Source: Girardia tigrina (Eukaryota). From it: DNA of 64,000 nt. The stretch spans positions 9,983 to 73,982 of the forward strand of contig MQRK01180300.1 in the NCBI GenBank assembly GCA_001938485.1, given 5' to 3'. A program made the translations under genes and the position numbers. This document shows positions 1-10,771 of this stretch, in pieces. Within the stretch, counting starts at the first letter, position 1. Every line of letters begins with the position of its first letter. Below the pieces are notes generated by a model that was given only the letters and a program-made list of their open reading frames with translations, did no database searches and was not told the DNA's origin.

Positions 1-1197
1 GTCACACCCTTCCCATCGGTTTCAAGATATTTAGCAAATAAAAATTCATCAATGACTTCTCCTTTAATTTTACTGAAATATCTAACATACGCCATAAGAA
101 CAGCAGAAACGCCAAAAACAGATTCATCAAGTTGTATAGAGAACTTGCAATTTTTTAGCTCCGAAACTACTGTGTTTTTTATTTCTTCGGCCATTTCGTC
201 AATACGCCGTTTTACAGAATTTGCACTTAATGGCAAAGACTTTAAAACATTAGTGGAGTCTTTTTTCATCACATTCTCAATGACATCTTTAATTGCAGGT
301 ACTACAATTTCTTCTGCGATTGTGTGGGGTTTTCCCCTCTTTGCTATATTAAGCGAAATCTTGTACGAAGCAATTAATCCTCCTTCATTTTCATTTTCAG
401 TAGACTGTTTCATAAAACTTTTTAGAGTTGGTCTACATGTGAATTTTTCTTTGAGTTTTTTGAAAAATTCTAATTCTTCATTTTCTTTTATCAGAATGAA
501 GCCTTTCAAGATGATCTTTCATTTTTGACGGTTTCATGTATTCATTTCCAAAAGTTTTTTCGCATATAAGACACATAGTAAATAAGTTAAAATTAAGTTG
601 GTATATTATACTAATCCACATTATTAAAGCTTACTTTTTCACAAGTAACAATAATTAAAATTGATATCCAAACTAAACAAATAGTTTTATAGAAACAATA
701 ACTAATTATCCAATGGTAGATATTATAGCAGTAATATTGACACTACAAGCATTTAATACTGTTCACAGTTCACAAAGATAGCTGAAGTGTAGAATTGGAC
801 AAGCGCACATATGCATCTGACTCATATGCAAGGCTCCTATGGTTTGCGATGGAAACAAAGGGCGAACCAACGACACGATGCTTAACTGCCGTATTACAAA
901 CTGGTCACAAGGTCAAGTTNNGACGTCACGGTATACATACGAAAACTCATAAGGAAAAAAGGGGTAGATTGTTTTCTGATTTATTATTTTATTTTCTATG
1001 AAGAATATAATATTAAGTCAATTATAAAAATATTTTAAATTTTTACGTACACAGTTAGATATGTGTGATTTGCGTATAAAGAACTGTTTTTCCTTCGAGT
1101 CCCAATAGAGCCCCATTCGACCCCTTGGGTCAGATAGACCCCTACTGTTGTTAAATAGACCCCTAGGGGTCTACATAGACCACTTTGGCGACCCCTG
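1..1197 (-). mobile_element. hAT (Buster/Charlie-type) DNA transposon, 5' part; transposase runs off the left window edge
   Basis: Minus strand ~580->1 reads CLICEKTFGNEYMKPSKMKDHLERLH (BED finger)...LPLSANSVKRRIDEMAEEI...FSIQLDES...LMAYVRY...EFLF. The terminus CAGGGGTCGCCAAAGTG (rc of 1181-1197) is followed by the 8-mer cgaTAatc, matching the Buster nnnTAnnn target consensus. TAGACCCC subterminal repeats are present. Confidence 0.9.
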
Positions 1198-1590
1198 CGA
1201 TAATCAAAGCCGCATTGTTTAAAAAAAGCCAAATTTCTGATTTCCCCGTATTCGAATTTGCGATTTGCATTGCTTTTATTTGATTTCCGCCATTTTTCAT
1301 AATTTCACAACAAAAAATTTCATTAAACGAAAAAACCAAAAAAAAGTTTTCTCTCTTTTTCAGACAAAGAAGAAAAATCTTTTCTTCACAACACTCGATT
1401 TCCTTTTCCATGTTAAAAATGTTTTACCACTCCCAATCAATAATAATAACGTTTTCCAAAAAGGCCATGAGCGAATAATTCCCAAACGTTATATTTTTTT
1501 AAAAAACAGAATCACTTTTGCCTTTAAAAATCACACTTAAAAATCAACACACACACAACAGAACATTGTCACAATATTTTTTTAAACGGG

Positions 1591-1609
1591 CCAATCACAT
1601 GTCGCCACC
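1591..1609 (+). promoter_or_regulatory. ERSE-like element CCAAT-N9-CCACC in a CA-rich promoter-like island
   Basis: CCAAT cacatgtcg CCACC, one mismatch to CCAAT-N9-CCACG. Preceded by AACATTGTCA, as at 12116. Confidence 0.35.
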
Positions 1610-2231
1610 AAATCAATATTGGCAAATCAACATGTCCGAGAAACTCGAGAAAATTATTTTCTCGAATACAATTACCTCTACGATGTGGTTTCTTATTTTC
1701 ATTTTAATGCCATTTTGACAACATTGTTCCTTTTTTTATATTTAACAATTTTCTTTTTACATTTTTTGATTTGGCAACAATGCCTTTTATTATTATTCTT
1801 TTATATTTCATGGGTACCTTGTAAGACTTTCTTGAAGTTTTATGTTTGACTTCTAAAAGTGGTAATGATTCATTATTAGTTTCTGAAATATTCATCCGTT
1901 TAATTTGATTTTTCTCCAAACTATCAACTGATTCTAAAAGATTACAAGAAGCGAAAAGTTTTCTCTCAGTAAGGCTATATAGACACCTTGAGGTGAAAGA
2001 TCTGATTCTAAGCACGATAATTTATCGTATGTGAAACCCTTTTTTAAGAAATCTATGTTTAATCTCGTATTTGATATGAATTTTAACACCTTGTTGAATT
2101 ATCGATCGTGTTTTGAGTATTGAAAATATTCCAAATCTCCTTTTTTTGCTACATTAATTAATATTTCTACTACATCATTTTAAATAGTAAAATGAAATTA
2201 AATGAGGAAGAAATAAAGTTAACTATGAAAC

Positions 2232-2518
2232 TGAATTTACGGTTTTGAAGAAAATTTTGACACATATCATGAGAGGATAGTCACTGAGGCATTATTAATA
2301 AAGCATTTAAAACCATGCTTAAATGTCCAAATTGAATTATCCAATCATATTAAAATCTTTTAATATTAATTAAAAAAAAGGATTAATTGCGTAATAGTCA
2401 ATGTGCCATATAAATGACTTGTAATTTGAAATTTACTTCACAACTGATGATGCCGTAATGGCGAAACATGTTTTGGGAAATAAAAAACTTTTAAACTGGC
2501 GTTTGTTTTTCATTTTCT

Positions 2519-2520
<2 letters not shown>
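2232..2520 (+). mobile_element. Penelope-like element 3' end (GIY-YIG C-terminus plus pLTR)
   Basis: Translates to FDTYHERIVTEALLIKHLKPCLNVQIELSNHIKIF* (PLE E.LLI...KP.LN.Q motif), followed by a hammerhead and AATAAA. Confidence 0.8.
2437..2479 (+). ncRNA. Minimal type I hammerhead ribozyme (PLE-associated), apparently intact
   Basis: Stem I TTCACAA/TTGGGAA (6/7 bp), core CTGATGA 2444-2450, extra U, stem II GCC-GTAAT-GGC, GAAA 2463-2466, palindromic stem III ACATGT, cleavage triplet GUU. Confidence 0.85.

Positions 2521-2521
<1 letters not shown>

Positions 2522-2554
<33 letters not shown>
2522..2554. repeat. (TA)n microsatellite; others at ~7879-7909, 8643-8676, 15315-15353, 15571-15603, 17836-17863, 34786-34846, 35585-35628, 50728-50771, 59055-59093
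   Basis: Direct reading of the sequence. Confidence 0.95.
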
Positions 2555-2560
<6 letters not shown>

Positions 2561-2583
2561 ATTGATTTATAAAAAAAGGAAAA

Positions 2584-2670
2584 GTGTATGATTATTTTAT
2601 GAAGACGATACGTTTCGAGATTATAGTTTCATCAGAAAATATTTATTTAAATAATATTTATAAAAATAAG
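2584..2670 (-). repeat. Dispersed repeat with degenerate hammerhead core (2604-2635); near-duplicate at ~3923-4027
   Basis: Minus strand CTGATGA AACTATAATCTC GAAAC GTATC GTC; the copy at 3955-3986 reads CTGATGA AACTCTAATCTC GAAAC TCGTC GTC. About 90 bp of flank is shared; stem II does not pair. Confidence 0.65.
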
Positions 2671-4029
2671 ATTTTCAAGGTAACGTTCTTCCTCTCAGAG
2701 ATTCACAAAACAATCCCATTGAAATTATACATAGATAAAATAACATTATTTTATATATTTTCTTGATAATTTTCATCTATAATAAATTTTCCCAGTTACA
2801 AAGTCTTTGAATCCCAAAAGCCAACCGATTTTAAGGGCTGACTGTATGGCTTTTTAAAATAAATGTTTGAAATCAGAGTTCTTAATAATGACTTCAATAT
2901 TTTTGTTCTCATCGTATTCTTCAGAATTGAGGTTCGATCACCTACTTATTTCTTCTCGGATGTCTCTTGAGATCAAATGAGAATAAATTATTTTTAACAA
3001 ATTTGATATATGAGCTTAATTTTAAAATTGTTTAATATTCAATCATAAAGATTAGATAAAATGGTGTTTATCAATATTACAAGTATTTTATTTGTATAAA
3101 TATTGAAATCTTTTTAAGGTTTAGGAATGCATTCTAAAAGTTTTCGTAATCTTTTTTACGATATGATATAGAAAAAAAGAGTGTTATGAAGATAAAAAAA
3201 ATAATTATAATTTAATAAAATTGAACATTGTCAAAGTTTGATTGAATTAATTGTATATATTTATCATAATATTTATTCAATGGTCAAAATAAATAAAACA
3301 AAAATTGACAAAAAATTGTTAAAAATATCTATCTCAAATAAAATAATATATAATATATAACAAAAACATTATATTTTTCTTTGAATTTCGGATTAAGATT
3401 CTCTGATAAAACATTTTGAAATTGATAAATATTAATATTATTTTTGGAAAAGATGAAAATTTTTAAGTCTGGCAAATATGTTATATGTATTAATATGAAT
3501 TATTTTTATATTTTATTATTAATACCTTGTAGAATTATTATATTATTATTTCATTTTGTTTCATTTTTTTAAAGAATAGAGCTCATTAAATAAAATTTGG
3601 TGTTATGTTTCCATTCCATTATGAACAAAACCATTTATTAAATTTTAGTTACAAAATAATAAACAGTAAGTACGAAAAAAAATAAAATAATATAATTAAT
3701 TAACATAAATTTCAAACTCAAAAGAAAAATAAATTTTAAATAGAAATTTCAATTATGTGTTTTATTTGTAATTGAATGAACAAATATTTTGTTTTTAAAT
3801 ATTAATTTGAAAATATTTAGAATAATTATTTGATTGAATTTATAATAAATTGGTTACTTAAAAATTTTTTATAAGTTTCTCTTAAATTTTTGTTGCAGTA
3901 TATTTTGATTTGATTATTTTTAGTGTATGATTATTTTATGATTAATATTGTGTAGACGACGAGTTTCGAGATTAGAGTTTCATCAGAAAATATTTATATA
4001 AATAATATTTATAAAAATAAATATTTTGA

Positions 4030-5460
4030 TGATAAAATCAATAATTTTATGAAAAACTTTGAAAGAACGAAGAAATTCAAAACAAAATTTATTTTGTCCG
4101 TGTTGCACTGATCAAATATGTTAACAAAATTTTATTATCATAAAACAAGTAGAAAATTAGGGTCACAGAGGACCACAGAGAAAGGGCCGTTTTAGACTAC
4201 AGCGTCTTTTAAACGTCCAGTGATTGAATTCGCTCCAGGATTGAGTTGGTAGGCATACCCTTGGAACAGGGATTGTAGCAGAGAGTGTTATGCTTCGCCC
4301 AGGTAGATTCGCAGTGTTTGATTTTGGAAATTACACATCTTCTCCTGAGACTATTGATTGAGGTTTCGGATAACTTCAAATCCTCTAGTACCTCGTTGTT
4401 CTTTTCTGGCCAGGATCCGAGACATCCCACGACAATAGTCCCGAGTTTAATGTTCCATCCTGGGTATTTGGCTTTAGCTTCTTTTTCCANNNNNNNNNNN
4501 NNNNNNNNNNNNNNNNNNNNNNNNNNNNNNNNNNNNNNNNNNNNNNNNNNNNNNNNNNNNNNNNNNNNNNNCCATAGAGTTCTTCCTCCAGTGTTTTTGG
4601 CTTGGATATCTATTCTTCTGGTTGAAGTTGAGAAGTCACTTTGTTCATCATTCTTGATTTCGTAGTAAGGCATTTCGAAATCAATAGCTTTGATAACAAG
4701 GTCACCTACTGCATTGTGTCGTGCAGTGATGAGCGGCATGTTCATTTTGCAGCGACACAGAACATGCATTTGTGTTTCAGCATATTGTCGACATGCTCTG
4801 CAGAGTGTTTGTTCCCTTGGTTTCCCTAGTTTAAAGTTGACAGGCATGCTTCCTGTTCGAGCTTGATGGATGAATCGCCATTCTGTTGCAGTGAGGCTTC
4901 CATCATATAATACTTGGCTGGATATTTTATTTTTGCTCAGAGCGTCAGCCGATCTACCAGCACTCGCTTGTCTTGACCAATCCACAAATTTCTGGTGACG
5001 ATATAGTCTGTGAAATTGGAAGGACAAAGTTTTCTTGTTTGCGGCAGATATTGTTAAGAATTCTTTGGATGATTTGATATTTAGACATATGCCCAAATGA
5101 TGGTCTTGGAGAAAACGTGTTTGTAGACCAATCTTGTCCAAGTATCTGATGTTGTTTCTTACTTTTGTCCACCAAGATTCGATTCCGTTTTCTTGATCAC
5201 CCTCATTTAGCCAATCCATCATTTGGCTGATAGTTCTGTCTGGATTGTTCTTTTTCTTTTTGTTCTTTTTTGTTTTTTAAATGTATTGTTGAGATTGATC
5301 AGTGTCAATTCGGCTACCTTTAAATCTTCAGAGGTTAGGTTTCTGAACGCCTGGATGATTGATTGTATGCATATTCATCGTGGGTTTCAACGAGTCCGAG
5401 TCCGCCGTATTCTTTCCCAGCATAGAGATAGTCATTGGAGGCTGTTGGCTGAGTGTCACC
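4030..5460 (-). mobile_element. RLE-type non-LTR retrotransposon (NeSL/Utopia-like), 5'-truncated; ORF 4209-5222 encodes zinc knuckle plus restriction-like endonuclease
   Basis: EWRFIHQARTG, CCHC knuckle CRACRQYAETQMHVLCRC, RHN, RRIDI, IVVGCLGSW. An upstream frameshifted segment reads ASNDYLYAGKEYGGLG...AFRNLTSEDLKV. N-gap at 4490-4571; the 3' boundary is approximate. Confidence 0.85.
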
Positions 5461-5587
5461 AGTCTCAAACCTGGGACAGTTGAGAGAACACAATGTTCTC
5501 TCAAATTGTCATTTGGTCATAAATTTCAGTCGAATTGCATCGGTGAGATTTTGGATTGTTTTGGGTTTGACGTGAAGGCTAAAATTG

Positions 5588-5935
5588 AGTGTGAGAAGGT
5601 TTCTCTCAAAAATTAGCTTTTGGCTACCTGTCAGTTGTCATCTTTATCATACATCTCCGGTACCTTGTATACGGAACAATAGAACAAACATAATGTACTC
5701 TCAAATGACAATTGATAGCTCAAAAAATGGTTTGCTTGCGAGAATGGAATTGATTACATTTGATATATTCTTGGTTAAATTTTAAGAAAAATGAAATAAA
5801 TTCATTTTAACTCAATGATTTATTTCTAAAATGTTTATCAATTATTATATATTCTCGTATAATGTGTCAGTTTATTACAACTCTCCATTGACATGACCAC
5901 AAGATTATTATATCGAAACGTGTAGTCAGATTTTT
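5588..5935 (+). repeat. Dispersed repeat ending in a degenerate hammerhead-like motif; homologous to 47222-47600
   Basis: 5671-5930 aligns with 47345-47600 (shared TTGCGAGAATGGAATTGAT, AAATAAATT.ATTTTAA.TCAATGATTTATTT). It ends ATGACCA...GAT/ATC GAAACG TGTAGTC. Confidence 0.75.
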
Positions 5936-6880
5936 ATACCTTGTATATAGATTTAACTTTTCGATATAGATATATAAATATATACTTTTAATTTAAAAAA
6001 ATCAGGCGAATGTTTACTATTTTCTAATTTTATGAATATTTTACTTCTAAATGTTGGTTTTTCAGTCCAAAATGAAACAAATTGAATCATGCCTTCTTTA
6101 GATCTTATTAAAAGAAGCCTCCTTACTTATTTGACTGTAATTTACAGAAAAAAATAACATTGGTTTATATAATTCCTTTTTGTAAACCGAAATATCAAAG
6201 ACACTTAATATAAAGATTACTTTATTCTTTTGGTCTTAGTCTCTTAATCTTTCCTTAAAACAGTAGAAAGTATTATTTAACTAAATTAATTTTTTATAAA
6301 TCAGAATGGCTATCCTTAACCATTTCCTGAAGAAAATATAAAGATAACGCACTTATAAAATCAGAGTTTCGCTCATTCGATTGGTTCAGAAAGAGAAATT
6401 GAATATTACATTGCATATTAATAATAAACCGAAATAATGATAAATTATATCTTATTGTGTAGGATTTAAAAACTGTTAAAATTTAGTACCTATAGAAACT
6501 AAAAATGAATAAATGAAAAAACATTTGATAACAAATTCATAAAATTTAAAATATATTCAGTGATAAATCTATTATACCTGTAACACTGTTCTGATTTTGT
6601 TTATGTTGAGGAAATATCTAAAAATTTATATGTATTTGTTTAAACTAATAAATATTGATAAATAATTATACTTTTCATAGATGAAATATTTATTATAATA
6701 AATATAAAATCATATTTTTTATATAAATAAATAAAATATTTAAGAGGGTTTGAGTAAATAGAAGGAAAAAAGAAAGATAAATAATTACAAGAAAAGAGTA
6801 AATAATTAATTAAAATTAAAAATAAAATTAATTAATTAATAAAAGAACTAGTATAAAAGGTCATTATTTATTAAGAAGTA

Positions 6881-6990
6881 CAGAGTTGTTGATTTTAAAA
6901 AGTCAAGTTATTTGAGAAAGTCAAGTCAAGTTAATTGAGAGTCAAATTACGTTATTTGAAAAGAGTCAAGGTACTTGAAAGAATCCAAGA
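6881..6990 (+). repeat. AAGTC/GAGTC-rich subterminal-type array, probable end of a nonautonomous DNA transposon
   Basis: Starts CAGAGTTG, then repeated AGTCAAG units; similar to 52499-52650. Confidence 0.4.
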
Positions 6991-7719
6991 GAAAGACGAG
7001 AAACCATTTAAATAATTGACTAGACTTCGCATAAATTAATCTTCTAATTCATATTTAAGGAGTTCACAATTACGACAATAACAGAAAAGAAAAAGGGAAA
7101 ATAAAATCACACTGAAACAGTGCGAGACTAAAGATAAAAAAGATAACCTTGTTGGAAAACAAAGAAAGAAAAGAAATCATAAAGAAAAAGTAATTGACAT
7201 TAAATAAATATTAAATATTATATTTGTTATAAATATAATACGCTGTAAAGTGTGACGTTAAACCTTCAACCTTCTATTAATCCGAGTTGTCGCTAAAGGC
7301 TCTTGGTTCCATAATATAAAATCGGCCAGGGGTCAAATAAAATACTTCTTTTCGTCTTAAAGTATATTTGTAAATTGTAGATAAAATAAAAAATACATTT
7401 TTATAAAATCATTGTCTTCTCATTTTAATAATAACATAACTAAATACTCAACATTTATGAATATAAATCTAGTGGTTGACATGTCACATGCATTGGAGAG
7501 ACTTCTCGCCAAGAAAATTCATAAACAAATGCAATAACATATTCAACGGGTAAATCAAAAAATAAAATATTTTAAATACATTCCTTTTGCAGACAGAACT
7601 CAATTTCGCCATCAAAATTATAATAAAAAAATAGTATAAAAAACACAATAAAAATTAAAATAAACTACATATAATTTATAAGTAGATCTTATTCCAAATA
7701 TTCAATTAATATTGTTCAG

Positions 7720-7873
7720 GAACTCCGAGTTTTCCGTTTTTCCCATTTTGGGACCTTTAAAAGTTTTTTTGATCAAATTTTCACATTATCATTTATTGTC
7801 ATCGAAAATGAGTAAATATGCAAAGTTTAGAGAAAATTGATTGCGTAAAAGGCCTTCAAAAATAGGTTTCTAA

Positions 7874-7912
<39 letters not shown>

Positions 7913-7940
7913 AGTAAGCTAATAAAAAGAATGAAAAAAA
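7720..7940 (+). mobile_element. Possible Helentron/HINE-like nonautonomous element
   Basis: ATATGCAAAGTTT...AAAATTG, internal (TA)n, and a terminal AAGTAAGCTAATAAAA motif; recognised by layout only. Confidence 0.3.
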
Positions 7941-8640
7941 AGAAGAAGAGAAATATTGCTGAACAAGGAAGAGATGGAACATTTGATATTAACATTGATA
8001 ACTTCAAGACTGTGTAAGTATTTTGGGATTTAGTTCCTTTCCAAAATTGGGATTTCCTAATTAAAACTAATAGAAAGTTTAATGGTTGTATTTACGACAG
8101 AAATTGGTCGTTGTCCTCTGAGCATTACAAGATAATATAAACAGGATGTATGATTTTTTCAATTTTATCCTAAATATTGTTTTTGAGTAAATATTTTCTT
8201 ACATAGTCCTTCTATCAATAAAACATTTAAGTAATCTAAATTTTTAAAATCTGAAAATGAAATAATTAATTTTACTAAAAATATTTTATATTTAAATTTT
8301 TAATATCTGAGCAAAGGAATTAGAGAAAAAAGTTGATCTCCGTTTCTCAATACAATGCCATAATCCCATTTATCTTTTGCTGGATGTTCGTGTAGGTTTC
8401 TACTAAAAATAGGACAATTTTGATATGTTTTCAAATAATAATCTGATAGATCGTCTGGCAGTTGACGAAACGAAATCAACAACCTCTGCTCACGCGAACA
8501 CTAATTTTAATTATTTATCATTTCTACAAAATAATAACATTTACCAGTCTCTTCCATTAAATATTCATTCTAACATTTGTAAATTTTTTTATTATTTTCC
8601 TTTAATTTTCATCAATTTCATACAAAAAAAACGTTTCCAC

Positions 8641-8680
<40 letters not shown>

Positions 8681-8854
8681 TAAACTTTTGTGTTTATTAA
8701 TTAAAATGAAGAAATATAATTTCAATAGAGTTTATTTTATATCAATGAGTGATATTCAAATGCTTCCCGATTTGGGCATTAGTCATCCATTTAAGCGTAG
8801 ATGATGTTCATAGACTGATATTTCACTGTCTAAATAATCACCAATTCTCAATCT

Positions 8855-9105
8855 CAAATTTTGACCCCAAAGAGGACCGTATGCCTTTCTCTGCTAGCGG
8901 TGTTCTTAGCCAACTCTCCCCACAGCCGCAATCTCACTTCCATCTGGATTTCTCTGCTCGTGATCGTCGACTTCTCGAGTTGCGCCAATCGACTGGCGTA
9001 ACTTGCAATCCGCTGGAACACGTCGTTCACGGAATTTTTCATGAACGATATGGCTTTGCCGGAGATGCCAGTGTCTGGGTGTACCTGCCGTAGTAATAAT
9101 TTTAT
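8855..9105 (-). pseudogene. H2B: Histone H2B pseudogene fragment with degenerate histone 3' stem-loop
   Basis: [63 protein letters not shown]. The N-tail and TKAVTKY C-terminus are missing. GGTCCT-CTTT-GGGGTC (8878-8863) resembles the histone stem-loop. Confidence 0.9.
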
Positions 9106-9109
9106 CATT

Positions 9110-9320
9110 TTGTTTAGTTTTATAAACCTGGTTTAAACATGAAAAGTAATTTTTCCAATCATATTAAAGTATTTTGACGGAACCCGTTGTGACGTTTTGG
9201 TCATCTAATACTATATAAACAATATCATTTTACTTAATATAGAATTTAGGATTTCACAATGGTGCGAAACATGTTTTCAAATAAAAATGTAAAATTGAAA
9301 TAGTTTTTATTTTTTTATTA
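9110..9320 (+). mobile_element. Penelope-like 3' end, same family as 2232-2520, with broken hammerhead
   Basis: [17 protein letters not shown] (cf. KPCLNVQIELSNHIKIF*). TTTCACAA...GCGAAACATGTTTT..AATAAAAA is retained but CTGATGA is lost. Confidence 0.7.
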
Positions 9321-10559
9321 ACTTAATATTTATTTGATTTAAAGTTCAGAGTCTTTCTGATGTTATGAAAAAGTCTTTGATATATCAATCAGTCAAATAT
9401 TTTAAAATTTTAGGATTTTCATTCAATGATATTTAATATTTTTTTGTTTATTTCCGTCACATAATTTAAATTTTTTAAGTATAATTATTTCTAGTTTTTA
9501 ATAATTATTATTCTAACTATATTTTCGTAGTTTTAGAAATTATATTCTGACATTTGTCTATAAAATAACTTAATTATTTATGTATTTAGTCAATTCTTAA
9601 ATTCTTTTCTAATTGGTTATAATTAATAGTGAAACTTTATTAAAAATAAATAATATTTTTAAAGAGAAAAAAAATCGAAAAAAATTCCAATTAAAAATTC
9701 TAAAAGTTCAATGAAAATTATTCAAATATATTTTTGGATAAAATAAAATAAATTATAAATGGATGAGTTTAATAGAAAAATCAATAATAATTAAAAATTG
9801 TTTTTAAGAATTAATTAATATTTAATTAATTTTTGTGAAAATTAATATGCATTAAATTGTAATTGATAAGATGTATTTTTTCCTCAGAATTTCGAAAATA
9901 TATTTTAATTATTATAATTATTTATTTTACTTGAAAATATATACAAAGTTTTTTTCAATGTAAAAAAAGTTTATGAATTAATTATTGTAAAAGAAATTAA
10001 TATAAACTGTACAACATTAAATACTTTCGCTTATTTATTAATATAAAATGTTTACTTTACTTTTTTGTTTTGGAAATCTTTTTCGTGAATTATTGCTTAA
10101 ATTTTTTTATATTTTTTGTCTGTTTGATAAACTTTCAAATGTTTTTTACTTGTGTCAATATTTTCTGCAACAAACTGCAATTAAATCGATTTTCTTATGT
10201 TTGCTTTAATTATGGCCTATATTTATTTTTGGATTATTTTATCTTTAATTTAAATATTTTCATCAAACATTGAGGAATTCTGCTTGAATCGACTGTTGGA
10301 AATTTGTGAAACATTTTTTTCTGACAAATATTGAAATTTAATATTTTACATATATATTTTTTGTTTGATTTATCAAATTAAATATCTTTTTTTAAGATTT
10401 TAAGTTATTTATACAATTATTAGAGTAATCAAAAGATTTTTCAAGTACGATTTTTGATTTCAATTAGTAACGTCAAATACATAAATATTAAGAAATATTA
10501 ATAATATTTATGAAATAATTTCATAAAATAAGGTCTCCTAATAATGGAGTCATAAACAA

Positions 10560-10770
10560 TAATTCCTGTACAAAAAACAACAGAAAACGATAGATTGTGT
10601 CCATATATCAACATGAAGCAAAATAGGGATGGGTTGTTTCAAGAGACAATTTAAAATTAAAGTAACACAGGGTCTTTACTTTAAGAATCTGCTTTTGATC
10701 GGACTGAGAAGGGTTATTTACTGCGAAATGCTTAAAAAGAACAAGACGGTTGATAACAATCTCAATATAG
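10560..10770 (+). mobile_element. Decayed mariner transposase fragment
   Basis: ICF*SD*EGVIYCEMLKKNKTVDNNL-like translation resembles LCVWWD..GVIYYELL....TV. Confidence 0.45.
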
Positions 10771-10771
10771 C

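Noticed and set aside
52-528. 158-aa plus-strand ORF
   Set aside because: Antisense shadow of the hAT transposase.
7950-8500. Exon-like pieces with GT/AG boundaries and ORF 8300-8482
   Set aside because: Could not be joined into a stop-free recognisable protein.
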